A DNA stretch of 63,762 nucleotides, filler included. It is 5 parts of 5 records of this genome, joined end to end, with 100 filler letters (N's around TTAATTAATTAA, not from the genome) between each part and the next. Parts side by side here need not be neighbours in the genome. Positions count along the whole stretch, not along the records: positions 1 to 25,115 come from SRR20825006_1091; 4 more parts are not named here. One strand, given 5' to 3'. A program made the translations under genes and the position numbers. The notes below the pieces were generated by a model, which was not told where the DNA came from, did not search any database, and was given only the letters and a program-made list of their open reading frames with translations. Numbering within the stretch: position 1 is the first letter of the stretch; each line of letters opens with the position of its first letter. Positions 9,887-20,500 of this stretch are shown piece by piece.

Positions 9887-10590
9887 AAGCGGTCCTGTTT
9901 GTCGGTGGCTGGGAAGGCCACGCGCCGAGCGCATTTTCCGACTGGTATGCCGACCTGCTGAAGAAAAACGGCTTCAGCGTCGATGTTTATGACACAATGG
10001 AACCGCTGGAACGCCCGGACGAACTTTCCGGCGTCGATCTCATCACGCCGATCTGGTCTTCTGCCCGCTCCGGCCACCGGGAAGAGTTCGGCACCATGAC
10101 CAAACCGCAGGAAGACGGTCTTCTGAAGCTGATTGGCGAGGGCTGCGGCATTGCCGGATGGCACGGCCATATGGGCGACGCATTTCGCGACCGTCCAACC
10201 TATCACTTTCTGATCGGCGGGCAGTTCGTTGCCCATCCGCCTGGCTGGCCGGACAATCTTCAGCCGCGCGAGGACTATATAGACTACGACGTCACCATTT
10301 GCAGGCCATCCGACCCGATCGTTGAAGGCATCAAAAGCTTCCGGTTGCGCTCCGAGCAATATTACATGCTCACCGACCCTTCGAATGAGGTGCTGGCGAC
10401 CACAACCTTTTCCGGCGACCACCTCTGGTGGATCGAAGGAACCGTGATCCCCGTTGTCTGGAAACGCCGCTGGGACAAAGGCCGTGTCTTCTACTGCTCG
10501 ATCGGTCACGAACTTGCAGACCTCCAGACCCCACAGGTCACCGAAATCATACGACGCGGAGCATTGTGGGCAGCCAGAACTTCCTCGTAA
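9883..10590 (+). CDS. ThuA-like (class I GATase-fold) protein
   Basis: GGWEGH, GIAGWHG, GGQFVAHP, EQYY, WKRRWDKGRVFYCSIGH. Confidence 0.88.
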   Translation: MKAVLFVGGWEGHAPSAFSDWYADLLKKNGFSVDVYDTMEPLERPDELSGVDLITPIWSSARSGHREEFGTMTKPQEDGLLKLIGEGCGIAGWHGHMGDAFRDRPTYHFLIGGQFVAHPPGWPDNLQPREDYIDYDVTICRPSDPIVEGIKSFRLRSEQYYMLTDPSNEVLATTTFSGDHLWWIEGTVIPVVWKRRWDKGRVFYCSIGHELADLQTPQVTEIIRRGALWAARTSS

Positions 10591-10763
10591 CCGCGACATT
10601 GGAACCCGAAAACGCCACGCAGCATCGCCGAACGGAGGGCCGCATGGCAAAACTCGGTCGCCTGGAATATGTGGAGGTTTCTGGTCGATCACGCGGCGGC
10701 TTTACGATGAGAAACCGCATCCGGGCAGGCCAGCGTAAGGTTTCGAACAAGACCGCACAGACA

Positions 10764-13700
10764 TCAGATCTTGCCGATGATATTGATAAACCAACCACGG
10801 TCATCATAGGTCTGATCACGCAGATCATCGGAGAAGCTACCGAAGTTATACCCACCACCGACTTTGATGTTATTTCCGAAATGCCGGTAAACGCCTGCCA
10901 GAGCTCCGAAATCGGTGGTTTGTGATGTGGGCGTATAGAGAACCCTGCCTTCAGTGAGGAAGTCCCACTTCTTGACCACATGAATATCGGCCCGGATAAC
11001 GCCGAGATGGGCATTGGCATTTTCCCAACCGGAGTAGTAGCGACCCAGTTCCGGGTCATTCAGCTGTTGTTTAATCTCGCTCAGGCGAAAGCCATACTTG
11101 GCGCCAATGCTGAGTTGCGGGGTGAGGTCATAAATAAAATCCGCCGACAGAATGTGCGAGCGCTGTCCTGGTTCGTTATTGTCTGAATAGTAGTAGCTGT
11201 CAGCGCTTGGCATGTCATAGAGAAAGTTATAGCGGAAGAGCGCATTGAAACGGTCATTGTCCGCAGGACGATAGGCCCAGCCTGCAACCGCTTCGATATA
11301 GTCATTGATCGCGAGTGTGGCGTCTGGTCCGGCGTCTTCAAACACAGCATCAATGCTTGTCAGAAGCCGCCAGTCATCATTGGCCCGGTAGTTGTAAAAA
11401 CCGGAAACAAGATAGCTGTTGATGTCGCCGGTGCCATCCTCGGAATCTTCAAAGCGTGCCTCGCCACGCAGTCTGGCGACAACGCCATTTTCCTCGTCAT
11501 CATCATAATTGAAGGCTAGAGAAAAGGAATTTCGGTCAAAATCTGAATTTTTCAGACCGGTTGCCGGATCAATGGTGTCATCGTCAACCTGGCCACCTTC
11601 ATAAGCTGCATCCATGGTCCATACGGCATCGGGTGAAAACGTGACCCCATAGGTGCGTGACATGGTGTTGCGCTCACCGTAGAGATCATAGTTGTTTTCG
11701 GCATAGACCGACCACATGTCGTTGATCTCCTTTTCGGCACCGACAACAACCGTTCCAAGATCCTGACCGTAAAGATTGTAAGTCTGGTTCCAGTCATAGG
11801 CCCGGTCCGGATCAATAACGTAGTTGACATAATAGCGGTCCGTTTCATTCGGCTGGTAGGAAGCACCGGCAAGGCCGCCCCATCCAGTGGTGCCGTATGA
11901 GATTTCTCCGTCAATGCCGAGTGTCTCGGTAATCTGGTAGCTTGTGCCCACGCCCGCCCGGTCGCCACGGTCGATGTTTCCTTCTTCGTAAACCGTGGTT
12001 TGCCCGAACACATAAACAGTACTTTCGCCATCATCGAGGGTGTATTCTACCCGAACACCGAGATCGACGCGCTCACCATTGGTGCCATAGGCATTGGTAG
12101 CGGTTTCTGATGGCCGATGTTCGAGCGTGTAGCCAAGACCCGCCGAGACCGACCAGCGCTCATTGAACTGCCGCGTGAGGTTCATCTCTCCCTGCTGCTT
12201 GCTGCTGCCTGTCACGAACGAGTTGGAATCAGCGTTATAATAGCCCTCGCTGTCATAATAGTCGTAGAACAGTGCGAGTGCCATTGCATCCGAAATGGAG
12301 GTTTCTGCGCTGATACCCCATTGAGTTTCCGGGGCATTGAGATCTTCCGTCAATGAGGTGAAACCGGCTTGCTTTGTCTCAAAGTATCCCTGAATGACAC
12401 CATCGGCATTTTCGCTGATATCCGCCAGATCGACTTGGCCAGCCAGCCGCCAGCCCAGCGCAGATTTATCGATATTGCGCGTGTTCAGATCGGTATGCGT
12501 CAGCCCGCCATCCATAGATATCGACTGGCCGGTTTGCGAACCATTGGTTGTCGCAATCTCCGCATCGAGGAAGGTGTTGTCGGAATAACGCAGCCGGATA
12601 TCACCACCATAGGCATCTGTTGCACCCTCACCGGTACTGTCTGAAGAGCCAGTGACGCCAACGCGCACATGATCGCCCAACCACTGCTCGGCGCGGCCTC
12701 CATAGACATAACCGTCAATATCTTCGGCAATCGGCGTGTAATCATATTCTGCAACGAGGTAGACGTCATTGCCACCGATGGCGCCAAAGCGCACAGGCGA
12801 GTTCGTTCCCGTCTGCGACATCAAAGGGTCTGTCAGAATGATAACACCCTGAATATAATCGATATTATAGTCTTCGCCATAAATTAGCGTCGAAGAACTA
12901 AGGACGACTCCGGTATCAGAGTCCCGCACTTCCAGGGTCAGAGTCTCGGTGTCCGCAGTCAGGTCTGAGTGGTTGAGGAAGTAGACTGAGCCACCGGTTC
13001 CCAGGAACTGGTCCACAGCGGTCAGCGTGTCGGGTTGCGCACCATAAACCTGGAGCCTCGTTTGCGGGGCACCGAAAGAGGTTGCCTTGTCGGGCTGATA
13101 AACCGCCTGGGCTCCGTAAAGCGCCCGATTCGTCCGCTGCAGCTCGGTTCCGTCTATTTTAACCCGGTAATCACCCCACATGATGTGGCTGTCGTTGTGC
13201 TGCAAACGCACATAAAATTTTCCGCTGGTCGGCGCATCATCGATTGCTACGGAATCATCACCATAAACGGGATAATAGTCATCCTCGTTCAGTTCTTTCA
13301 GCAATTGCCGCGCGTTCCGTTCATCGAGTCCGGGAAACAGATTGGCAAGATCGTCCTCCTCGGTATCGAGGGCCGCAGTCAGGATATACTCACCCTTGAT
13401 CTTGCCTTTGAGATAAAACGCCACACGCCCGTTGGAGTAGACCTCGTCATACTCATCATTGCGCACCTCCTCGATATTTTCCGATCCGGTGCGCTGGCCG
13501 ATGGTAATATCGGCAAGCCCCATATAGAACCATTCATTATCGGGAATATTGATTTCACGGGTAAACTCGACGGCCCGCCCGCCATCGGGCTTGTCAACCA
13601 GCACATCAACAGATTGATCGCCATTCGGAATAATGCGCTGAATGACGAAGTTACCGTCATCATCAAGCTCAACCTCATCTCCGAGGGTACGCACTGTGTA

Positions 13701-14528
13701 GCCATCGGGTACGCTGCGGCCATAGACAGTCACTGTGCCACCAACGATGGGAATATTCCGGCGCAATGCATAGTCTTCCGACATATCCAGCGCACCCTGA
13801 ATATTTCCAACACCAATCTGCGTTGCACTGAGCGCTTCGTCAGCGGAAATCCTGTTGGCAAGGTTATCATCATCCAACTGGCCGGAAAGCTGCTCGGCAG
13901 CCTTCAGCCGGATCAACCGCGAGCGCGTTTCATCATAAAGGCCGTTCTTGCCATAAACACGCAGGACATAGGTCAATGGACCATCAGCATTTTGCAAAGC
14001 CGGCACGTCCCATTCAACACCAGAGTTGATCAGAACCGGCACCACGGCCAGGGGAACGCTTTCAGGCGTGAAGTTTTCGTCCTCTCCGAAAACCCGGATT
14101 TCGGCCCGCTCAATATATGCGGGATAGTTACTTGAAGTGTAGAAGTTAACTGTGTCGCCCGCCTCGAAAGACCGTTCGACATCATCCGTCACCACATTTA
14201 GAACAGGCTCGGTATCGAGACCGTCGAACTTCACCTGAATATCCACCGCGCTCAAATCCACATCGGTTCTTCTGGCGCGATTTTCTGCACGTGCTTTCAC
14301 TGCTTCCAGCTTTTCAGGGGTAACCTGAGCGGCGGGCAGATTGTCGATGACCAGCGGCTCACCATCGACCGAAATCGCGAACTGCGCCGGTTCCTCGGCA
14401 TAGGCTGAAGAAGCCTGAGAAGCCACGGCCGCCGCACAGAGACCCGTTGCAAACACACTGTTTTTCAGAATAGACCTGATCGAGGCACCATTTTTCCGGC
14501 TCATGGCAGCCACCTTGAAGACGCTCAT
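10764..14528 (-). CDS. Large outer-membrane protein with periplasmic Ig-like region and C-terminal beta-barrel; partner of the DUF11 adhesin
   Basis: Signal peptide ending SSAYA. GRVAFYLKGKIKG...YYPVYGDDS...KFYVRL block. Long run of amphipathic strands ending GYNFGSFSDDL...GWFINIIGKI. Start overlaps the upstream stop (ATGA). Confidence 0.75.
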   Translation of the reverse strand: MSVFKVAAMSRKNGASIRSILKNSVFATGLCAAAVASQASSAYAEEPAQFAISVDGEPLVIDNLPAAQVTPEKLEAVKARAENRARRTDVDLSAVDIQVKFDGLDTEPVLNVVTDDVERSFEAGDTVNFYTSSNYPAYIERAEIRVFGEDENFTPESVPLAVVPVLINSGVEWDVPALQNADGPLTYVLRVYGKNGLYDETRSRLIRLKAAEQLSGQLDDDNLANRISADEALSATQIGVGNIQGALDMSEDYALRRNIPIVGGTVTVYGRSVPDGYTVRTLGDEVELDDDGNFVIQRIIPNGDQSVDVLVDKPDGGRAVEFTREINIPDNEWFYMGLADITIGQRTGSENIEEVRNDEYDEVYSNGRVAFYLKGKIKGEYILTAALDTEEDDLANLFPGLDERNARQLLKELNEDDYYPVYGDDSVAIDDAPTSGKFYVRLQHNDSHIMWGDYRVKIDGTELQRTNRALYGAQAVYQPDKATSFGAPQTRLQVYGAQPDTLTAVDQFLGTGGSVYFLNHSDLTADTETLTLEVRDSDTGVVLSSSTLIYGEDYNIDYIQGVIILTDPLMSQTGTNSPVRFGAIGGNDVYLVAEYDYTPIAEDIDGYVYGGRAEQWLGDHVRVGVTGSSDSTGEGATDAYGGDIRLRYSDNTFLDAEIATTNGSQTGQSISMDGGLTHTDLNTRNIDKSALGWRLAGQVDLADISENADGVIQGYFETKQAGFTSLTEDLNAPETQWGISAETSISDAMALALFYDYYDSEGYYNADSNSFVTGSSKQQGEMNLTRQFNERWSVSAGLGYTLEHRPSETATNAYGTNGERVDLGVRVEYTLDDGESTVYVFGQTTVYEEGNIDRGDRAGVGTSYQITETLGIDGEISYGTTGWGGLAGASYQPNETDRYYVNYVIDPDRAYDWNQTYNLYGQDLGTVVVGAEKEINDMWSVYAENNYDLYGERNTMSRTYGVTFSPDAVWTMDAAYEGGQVDDDTIDPATGLKNSDFDRNSFSLAFNYDDDEENGVVARLRGEARFEDSEDGTGDINSYLVSGFYNYRANDDWRLLTSIDAVFEDAGPDATLAINDYIEAVAGWAYRPADNDRFNALFRYNFLYDMPSADSYYYSDNNEPGQRSHILSADFIYDLTPQLSIGAKYGFRLSEIKQQLNDPELGRYYSGWENANAHLGVIRADIHVVKKWDFLTEGRVLYTPTSQTTDFGALAGVYRHFGNNIKVGGGYNFGSFSDDLRDQTYDDRGWFINIIGKI

Positions 14529-17500
14529 TTGCCTGCCTCCAGCTGGGTACTGATTTCAAGGGGATAAGGCGCTCTGCCCACCTCCCAACGGCGCCGGACT
14601 TCTCTGGAAACCTCCCGCAATCTTTCGCGTGCCAACGTGCCGAGCTGATCGCCGTAATAATTGATTTTCAGGATCGACGGTTCCGTCGCGAGAATTTTGA
14701 TGACCTGATCAAGACCAGCCAACCAGCCTGGTTTCAGTGCTGTTTCATCGGCGATGAAGGAGCTGTCAGTCAGATCCAGACTGACAATCCGACCGATTGA
14801 GGCACCGAAGTTCAGCTTGGTCATCTTGCCTGCTGTCAGCCGCACAACACGCGGATTTTCGGTGGTGACGCTGTAGCCGCTCGGCAAGGTCCGCTCATCC
14901 AGCTTCATGATGAAGTTGGAGCCGATGCGATTGTCGGGAAGCGCCGCGCAGGCGACATGAAAGCGACCAAACTCATCGGTCGTCACCAGAAGACCGTTCA
15001 CGGTAGCCACGCGCACACCGGGAAGTCCGGGTTCACCGGCATCGTGATACCCATTGCGGTTCTGATCATCAAAAGCACGGCCTATCAGATCACCGCAGTC
15101 AAAGACGGGGTCCACCATAATCGTGATCTCGGCCACAGCCTTGGGAGCAAGTGTGGCTCCGAAACGATCCGTCGCATATGCGGTGTTCTGATAGGTTCCG
15201 GGTTCCAGCGTACTCAGCGCTGTCATGGCAAGGCGGATGTAGGTTTTGCTGTCAGCGTCAACGGAAACATCCTCGAAGAGGACGTCCCGGCTGTAGACCA
15301 GAGGCTCAACAACCGCCCCATTGATCGATGCAGAACCCTCGACATAACGGAAGCCACTGGGAATACGGTCACGAATATTGATGTTGGCAACCTTGTGATC
15401 CGTATTGTTGATCACGGTAATCGTGAACTGTGCTTTTTCACCACGACGGATCTGCGGTGTTGCAGCCACTTTGGTAATGGAAATATCGCCGGGCTGAACC
15501 GCATCAATCTTCACAGAAGCAGAGCTTGCTGCCGCCGTCAGGACCTGAAGACCGGCGGCGGCAACCGCCGATGCCGTATTGGTGATCCCCACCTCATCAC
15601 CAACCGCGATACTGAAATCCTGCTCGCTGATGGTATAAAGCGCCGTGAATTCAGTATTTTCATTGGCCTCAAGCGAGGCAGTGGCCGGCGTGAAGGCTGA
15701 CATCGTACCAGTGCCTGCACTGTCATCCGGCAGAACGACACCATCATCAACAGGCGTCACATCGGTAAGCGACTGGCCTCCGTCATTGGTCACGGTGATC
15801 ACATATTTGATCTGGTCGCCTGCCGTCGCCGTTCCACTATTATCGATATCAATCAGCAGGGCCGTTTTTTCAGCAATCAGAACAGATGGCGTGTTCCAGC
15901 TGACGATCGCCAGAGCATCGTCACTTGTATAGGCTTCGCCATAACCTGTATCGCCGAGCGCACGTGCCGTATTTTCAAGCGCGTTACTTTCATAATCTTC
16001 GATTGTCAGATCATAACTGCCGAAAAATGTCAGGCTTTCGCCCGGCGCAAGCGTGGTTGGATCGCTCGTCGTCAGGGTAACGCCGGGTAGCAGCTCTTCA
16101 GCGCGCACATTCGTCAGCGTCGAGTTGCCTGTATTCGTGACCACCATTTCGAAGTTAACGGTTTCGCCAACATCACCCACGCCATTCTGATTTGCGTCAT
16201 CAAGTACGCCGTTCAGGGTGGCGGAAAGCCGGGGCTGGTTGTTGGCAACGCTCGGCATGGTCTGGTCTGCCAGCGTTATCGCCGGTGAACCGCTGATAGC
16301 AGGTGGTGTGCCTGTCGCTGTGGCTTCATTCCAGATGCCACCGGCATCAAGGTCGGTCTGTGTTATCTGATAGGAAGTCGTGAAATCCCTGTACTCACCG
16401 GGACCGATAGACTGGGCAGTTGCCGGCGAAAGTGTCAGCGTTTCGGTGGTACCGTCGTTACGCTGCAATGTGTCGGTTGGCAAAACACCATCCAGCGTCA
16501 CATTGCCCTTGTTGGTGACACGCACCGTGTAATCAATCGTCTCCAAGACATCATAGAGACCATTGCCTTTACTGTCGTTAAGAACGCTGGTCTTCTCGAC
16601 GTCCATATCGGGATAGCTTGAGAAGGTGACAACTGCCGGATTGCTGGGCTGGGCCGGTATTGTTCCGCCGCCATTCGGCAAATCGCCGGACGCGCTGGCG
16701 GTATTGCTGAGTTGCCCGGAATTGATGTCCGATACCAGCAGGGTGTATGTCCCGGCATAGGCAATGCTGTCACTTGGTGCGAGTGTTCCCGAGAACGACG
16801 GATCGACAGGCGACAGGACCAGTCCCGGCATTGGGTCCGTGACCGTGACGCCAGTCAACGTCACATTCCCCGTATTGGTGGCGACGACTGTAAATTCAAT
16901 CACATCGCCGGGATCCAGACGTCCGCTGTCGAAAGTGGCCGTTTTCACGACGGTGAGATCGGCGTTCGGCGTGAAGTTCGTCGTCTGTTGCCCACTCGCA
17001 CTTATGGCCGTCGCCTTGCCGACAGTCTCTGCGGTCGCAACCGCTTCATTGACCAAAGTGCCGACATTGATGTCGGCCAGGGTCGGTGTATATTCGGCCG
17101 TGTAGGTGTTGGTATCGCCGGGCAGCAACGGATCGGTATTTGATGGGTCCGGCTGAAGAACAATGCCCGCAATCTTGTCCTCAACCGCAATGTCAGTGAT
17201 CGAGGTGTTACCGTTATTGGACACTGTGATCGTGTAGATCAGCTTGTCTCCGAGGTTGAAATTGCTGGCACTGGCCGAACCAACAAAACTGACAGTCTTG
17301 CTGACATCCAGCTGACTGGCCTCCGCGAAAGACACTGACACGCCGTTGCTTTTTTTACTGATCGACGGACCACCCGCCAAAGGCGTGGCTTCGGCGGTTG
17401 CGATGTTGAGCAGGGAACCACCGTCAATGTCCTGCTGCGTCACGGTATGCGTGCCGGTAAAGATCTGATTGCCGCCCGGAGCGATACTGGGCACAGAGGT

Positions 17501-20500
17501 CGGTGTTAACGAGCCGGAATCCAGTTTCGGGTCGCTAATACTCACATTCGTCAGCGTGACATTGCCTGTATTCTCAAAGGTGAAAGTGTAGTTGATCACA
17601 TCCCCGGCAGAATAAGGCGGCGTTACGCCGGTAACGTAGTCGCTTGTCTTGGAAAAGGTGTATTGGGGACTGGCGACAAGCGTGTTGGAAGTCTGGTCTG
17701 TCGCCGTAATCGTCGGAGCACCGGCATTTGTGCTCGTGGCGGTTGCCTTGGCGGTGTTCGTCACGCTCCCGGCATCAATCATGGCCTGGGTCAGCGTAAG
17801 GCTGGCCATGAACGACGCTGTTGCACTTGGTGCGAGTGAGGCAACCGACGCAGGGCTGAAGACGAGGCCTGGATATGTCTCATCGGAAGCAGAAACATTC
17901 GTGACTGATGCGGCACCGTCGTTCAGCACTGTGACGGTATAGTCGATGGTCTCGTTCACGTCGGGAAAACCGTTCCCATTGAGGTCGTTCAGAACACCCC
18001 TCTTTTCCATGGCGATGGAGACGGCACCGGCTGAGTCCGTGCTGTTGGTCTCTTCGCTGCTCAATGTGGTTCCGTTGGGGGAAACACCCGTCACCGACGC
18101 GGTATTCAGCACATAACCCGTATCAACATCTGCCTGAACAAGATCATATGTGGCGGTGAAATCTGCCGACGTTCCGGGAGCCAGCGTCTGTGCCGTGCTT
18201 GGCGTCAATGACACGCCGGCCGCGACCAGCATCGGATCCGACGGCAAGACATTCGTCAGCGTGACATTGCCCCTGTTATGGGCTCTGAGAGTATAGTCAA
18301 TCTGATCCCCGACGCTTGGGCCGGGAGTCCCGTCAATATCCTGATAGATACTCAGTTTTTCGAAATCGAGTACGGCGGCAATCGGGAATGCTGTGTCAAT
18401 TGTAACCGTATCGGAGACCGTTGAACTATCCGGGAGATTCAGCGTGACATCTGCCGTGTTGCTCAGCGTCAGATTATCCAGGTCCGCCTGCAGCGTGTCG
18501 TAGAAGGCCGTAAATACTGCGCTGTTGCCGGGTGGGATCGTTGTCGAGGCCGGTGGCGTAACAGTAAGGGTCTGGCTGTTGCCAAGCGTATCGGTCACTG
18601 CATTTGCCGGAATGGTCAGAGTTGTATTACCGGTATTGGTAACTGTAATCTGATAGTTGACCCGGTCACCAGCGGCGAACGTCGCCCCCGAGGGGCTCAG
18701 TGTTGCCGTCTTTTCAACTTCAAACGCGCCTGACGATGTTATGGTTGTTGTCTCGGTTTGCTCCACCGGCGAAAGAGGTCCGCCTGGCCCGTCGGCAGCG
18801 ACAGAAACCCTGTTGTCAAGCGTACCGGCATCAATATCTGCCTGCGTGGGCGTATAGCTCGCCGTAAACTCTTCAACGATACCCGGTTCGATTGAAACCG
18901 GACCGCCTGGTGTCAATGGCAGCGTCTGCGGAGGGCTGGTCTCTAGTGTATCCGTTGGCTGCACATTCGTCAGCGTGACATTGCCCGTGTTTTCAATGTT
19001 GATCGTGTAGTTGATCGTTTCGTTTGGATCGAGAACCCCGTTGCCGTTGGCATCGATGATCTTCGAAACCTTGCTGACAGCCATTGACGGGTCCGCCGCA
19101 ATGGCGGTGACTTCCTCACCTTCTCTGGAAATCGTCGGGCCAACCCCGGACGGAGGAGTAGCGGTAACGGTCGCTTTATTGAGATAGGAACCGCTATTGA
19201 TCTCCGCCTGACTGGGCGTGTAGGCACCCGAATATACCACCGTTCCACCAGCAGGCAGCGATCCTGAAAAGCCGGTTGGCGAGACCAGCGTGAGGCCGGT
19301 GTCAAGAAAGGGGTCGCTCGGCGTCACACCACTCAAGGTAACGTTACCGGTATTGGTAATTTCAACCGTATAGTTGATCTGGTCGCCATAGGAGAAGGGA
19401 GAGGGTATGGCCGCTGCCGCCTTGCTGACGGCAAAATCAGCCACACGCTGCAAGGTCGTAGTGGTTTCGCCATCGCCACTGACGGATGAACCGCCGCTTG
19501 CAGTTCCGCTGACCGATGCGGTGTTATCGACATAACCACGATCAATATCGGCGGCCTGAAGGACATACTCGCCGGTATAGGCCCTGCTCTGACCTGCCGG
19601 AATATCCTGAGACGCCGGGGAGAGAGTGACGCCGGGAAGGCTGTCGGAAACAGAAACACCGGTGACATTCACACCAATATTGTTGCTCACAGTGACCGTG
19701 TAGCCGATCTTCTCGCCCACATCCGGTCGGCCGTTATTATTGGTATCGACCAGGCTACCTGACTTGGCAACATCGAGATTGAGCTCGAAGAATGTGACTT
19801 CGGCATCGGCCGGTGCCCGAATGGCTTTCAGATTGGTGGTTGATGTCGCCATCGACGTAAAGGTGCCGCCGGCAGAGGCCTTCACCGGAACCGTAATCGT
19901 GCATGAGGCAACATTCGAGTTGATTGTCCCCGCGGTAACCACAACCTTGTCAGAGTTGGAAATGGCCGAAACGGAGGCCGAACAGGTGTTCGAGGGGGCT
20001 CCGGCAACCGTCAGACCGGCGGGCAGCGTTTCCTCAAATGCCCATCCCTGCTTGCTACCGAGCTCGCTTGTATTGGTAATGGTGAAAACCAGGTTGGTGG
20101 TCTGCCCGGCGGGAACACTCGTGTTGGCGTAGGCTTTATCCAGCTGTGGCGTGGAATCAAGCACAACAATATTGTCAAAGGCATGGTCATTCCCCGAGCC
20201 ACTGCCCTGCTGGTTGCGCATGATGATGCCAAGGCTTGAACCTGAGAACAAAATCCCGCCACTGGCATAGCGGCCATAGTTGCCCCCGGAACTTTTACCG
20301 CCACAACCATCAATCCTGGAACCGGCCTGCACCTCATTGCCCTGCCCATCGACCAGATAAAACTGCAATTGAGGATGGGCTGCATGACAACTGAGAGCCC
20401 CGACGACGACCTGAAAAGACACAAACCTCTGCGCACCACCTGGAGGCGCTGGAATGCTGACATCTGTTGTGGTCGCAAATTCAATGCGGTTTGCGCCGGG

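Noticed and set aside
10644-10925. ATG with GGAGGG RBS (MAKLGRLEYVEVSG...) after the ThuA gene
   Set aside because: It runs about 160 nt antisense into the barrel gene and matches no family I recognise. It could be a remnant but I cannot support it.
10764-14528. TonB-dependent receptor annotation
   Set aside because: No TonB box or plug motif recognised, and the architecture and coupling to the adhesin differ from TBDRs.
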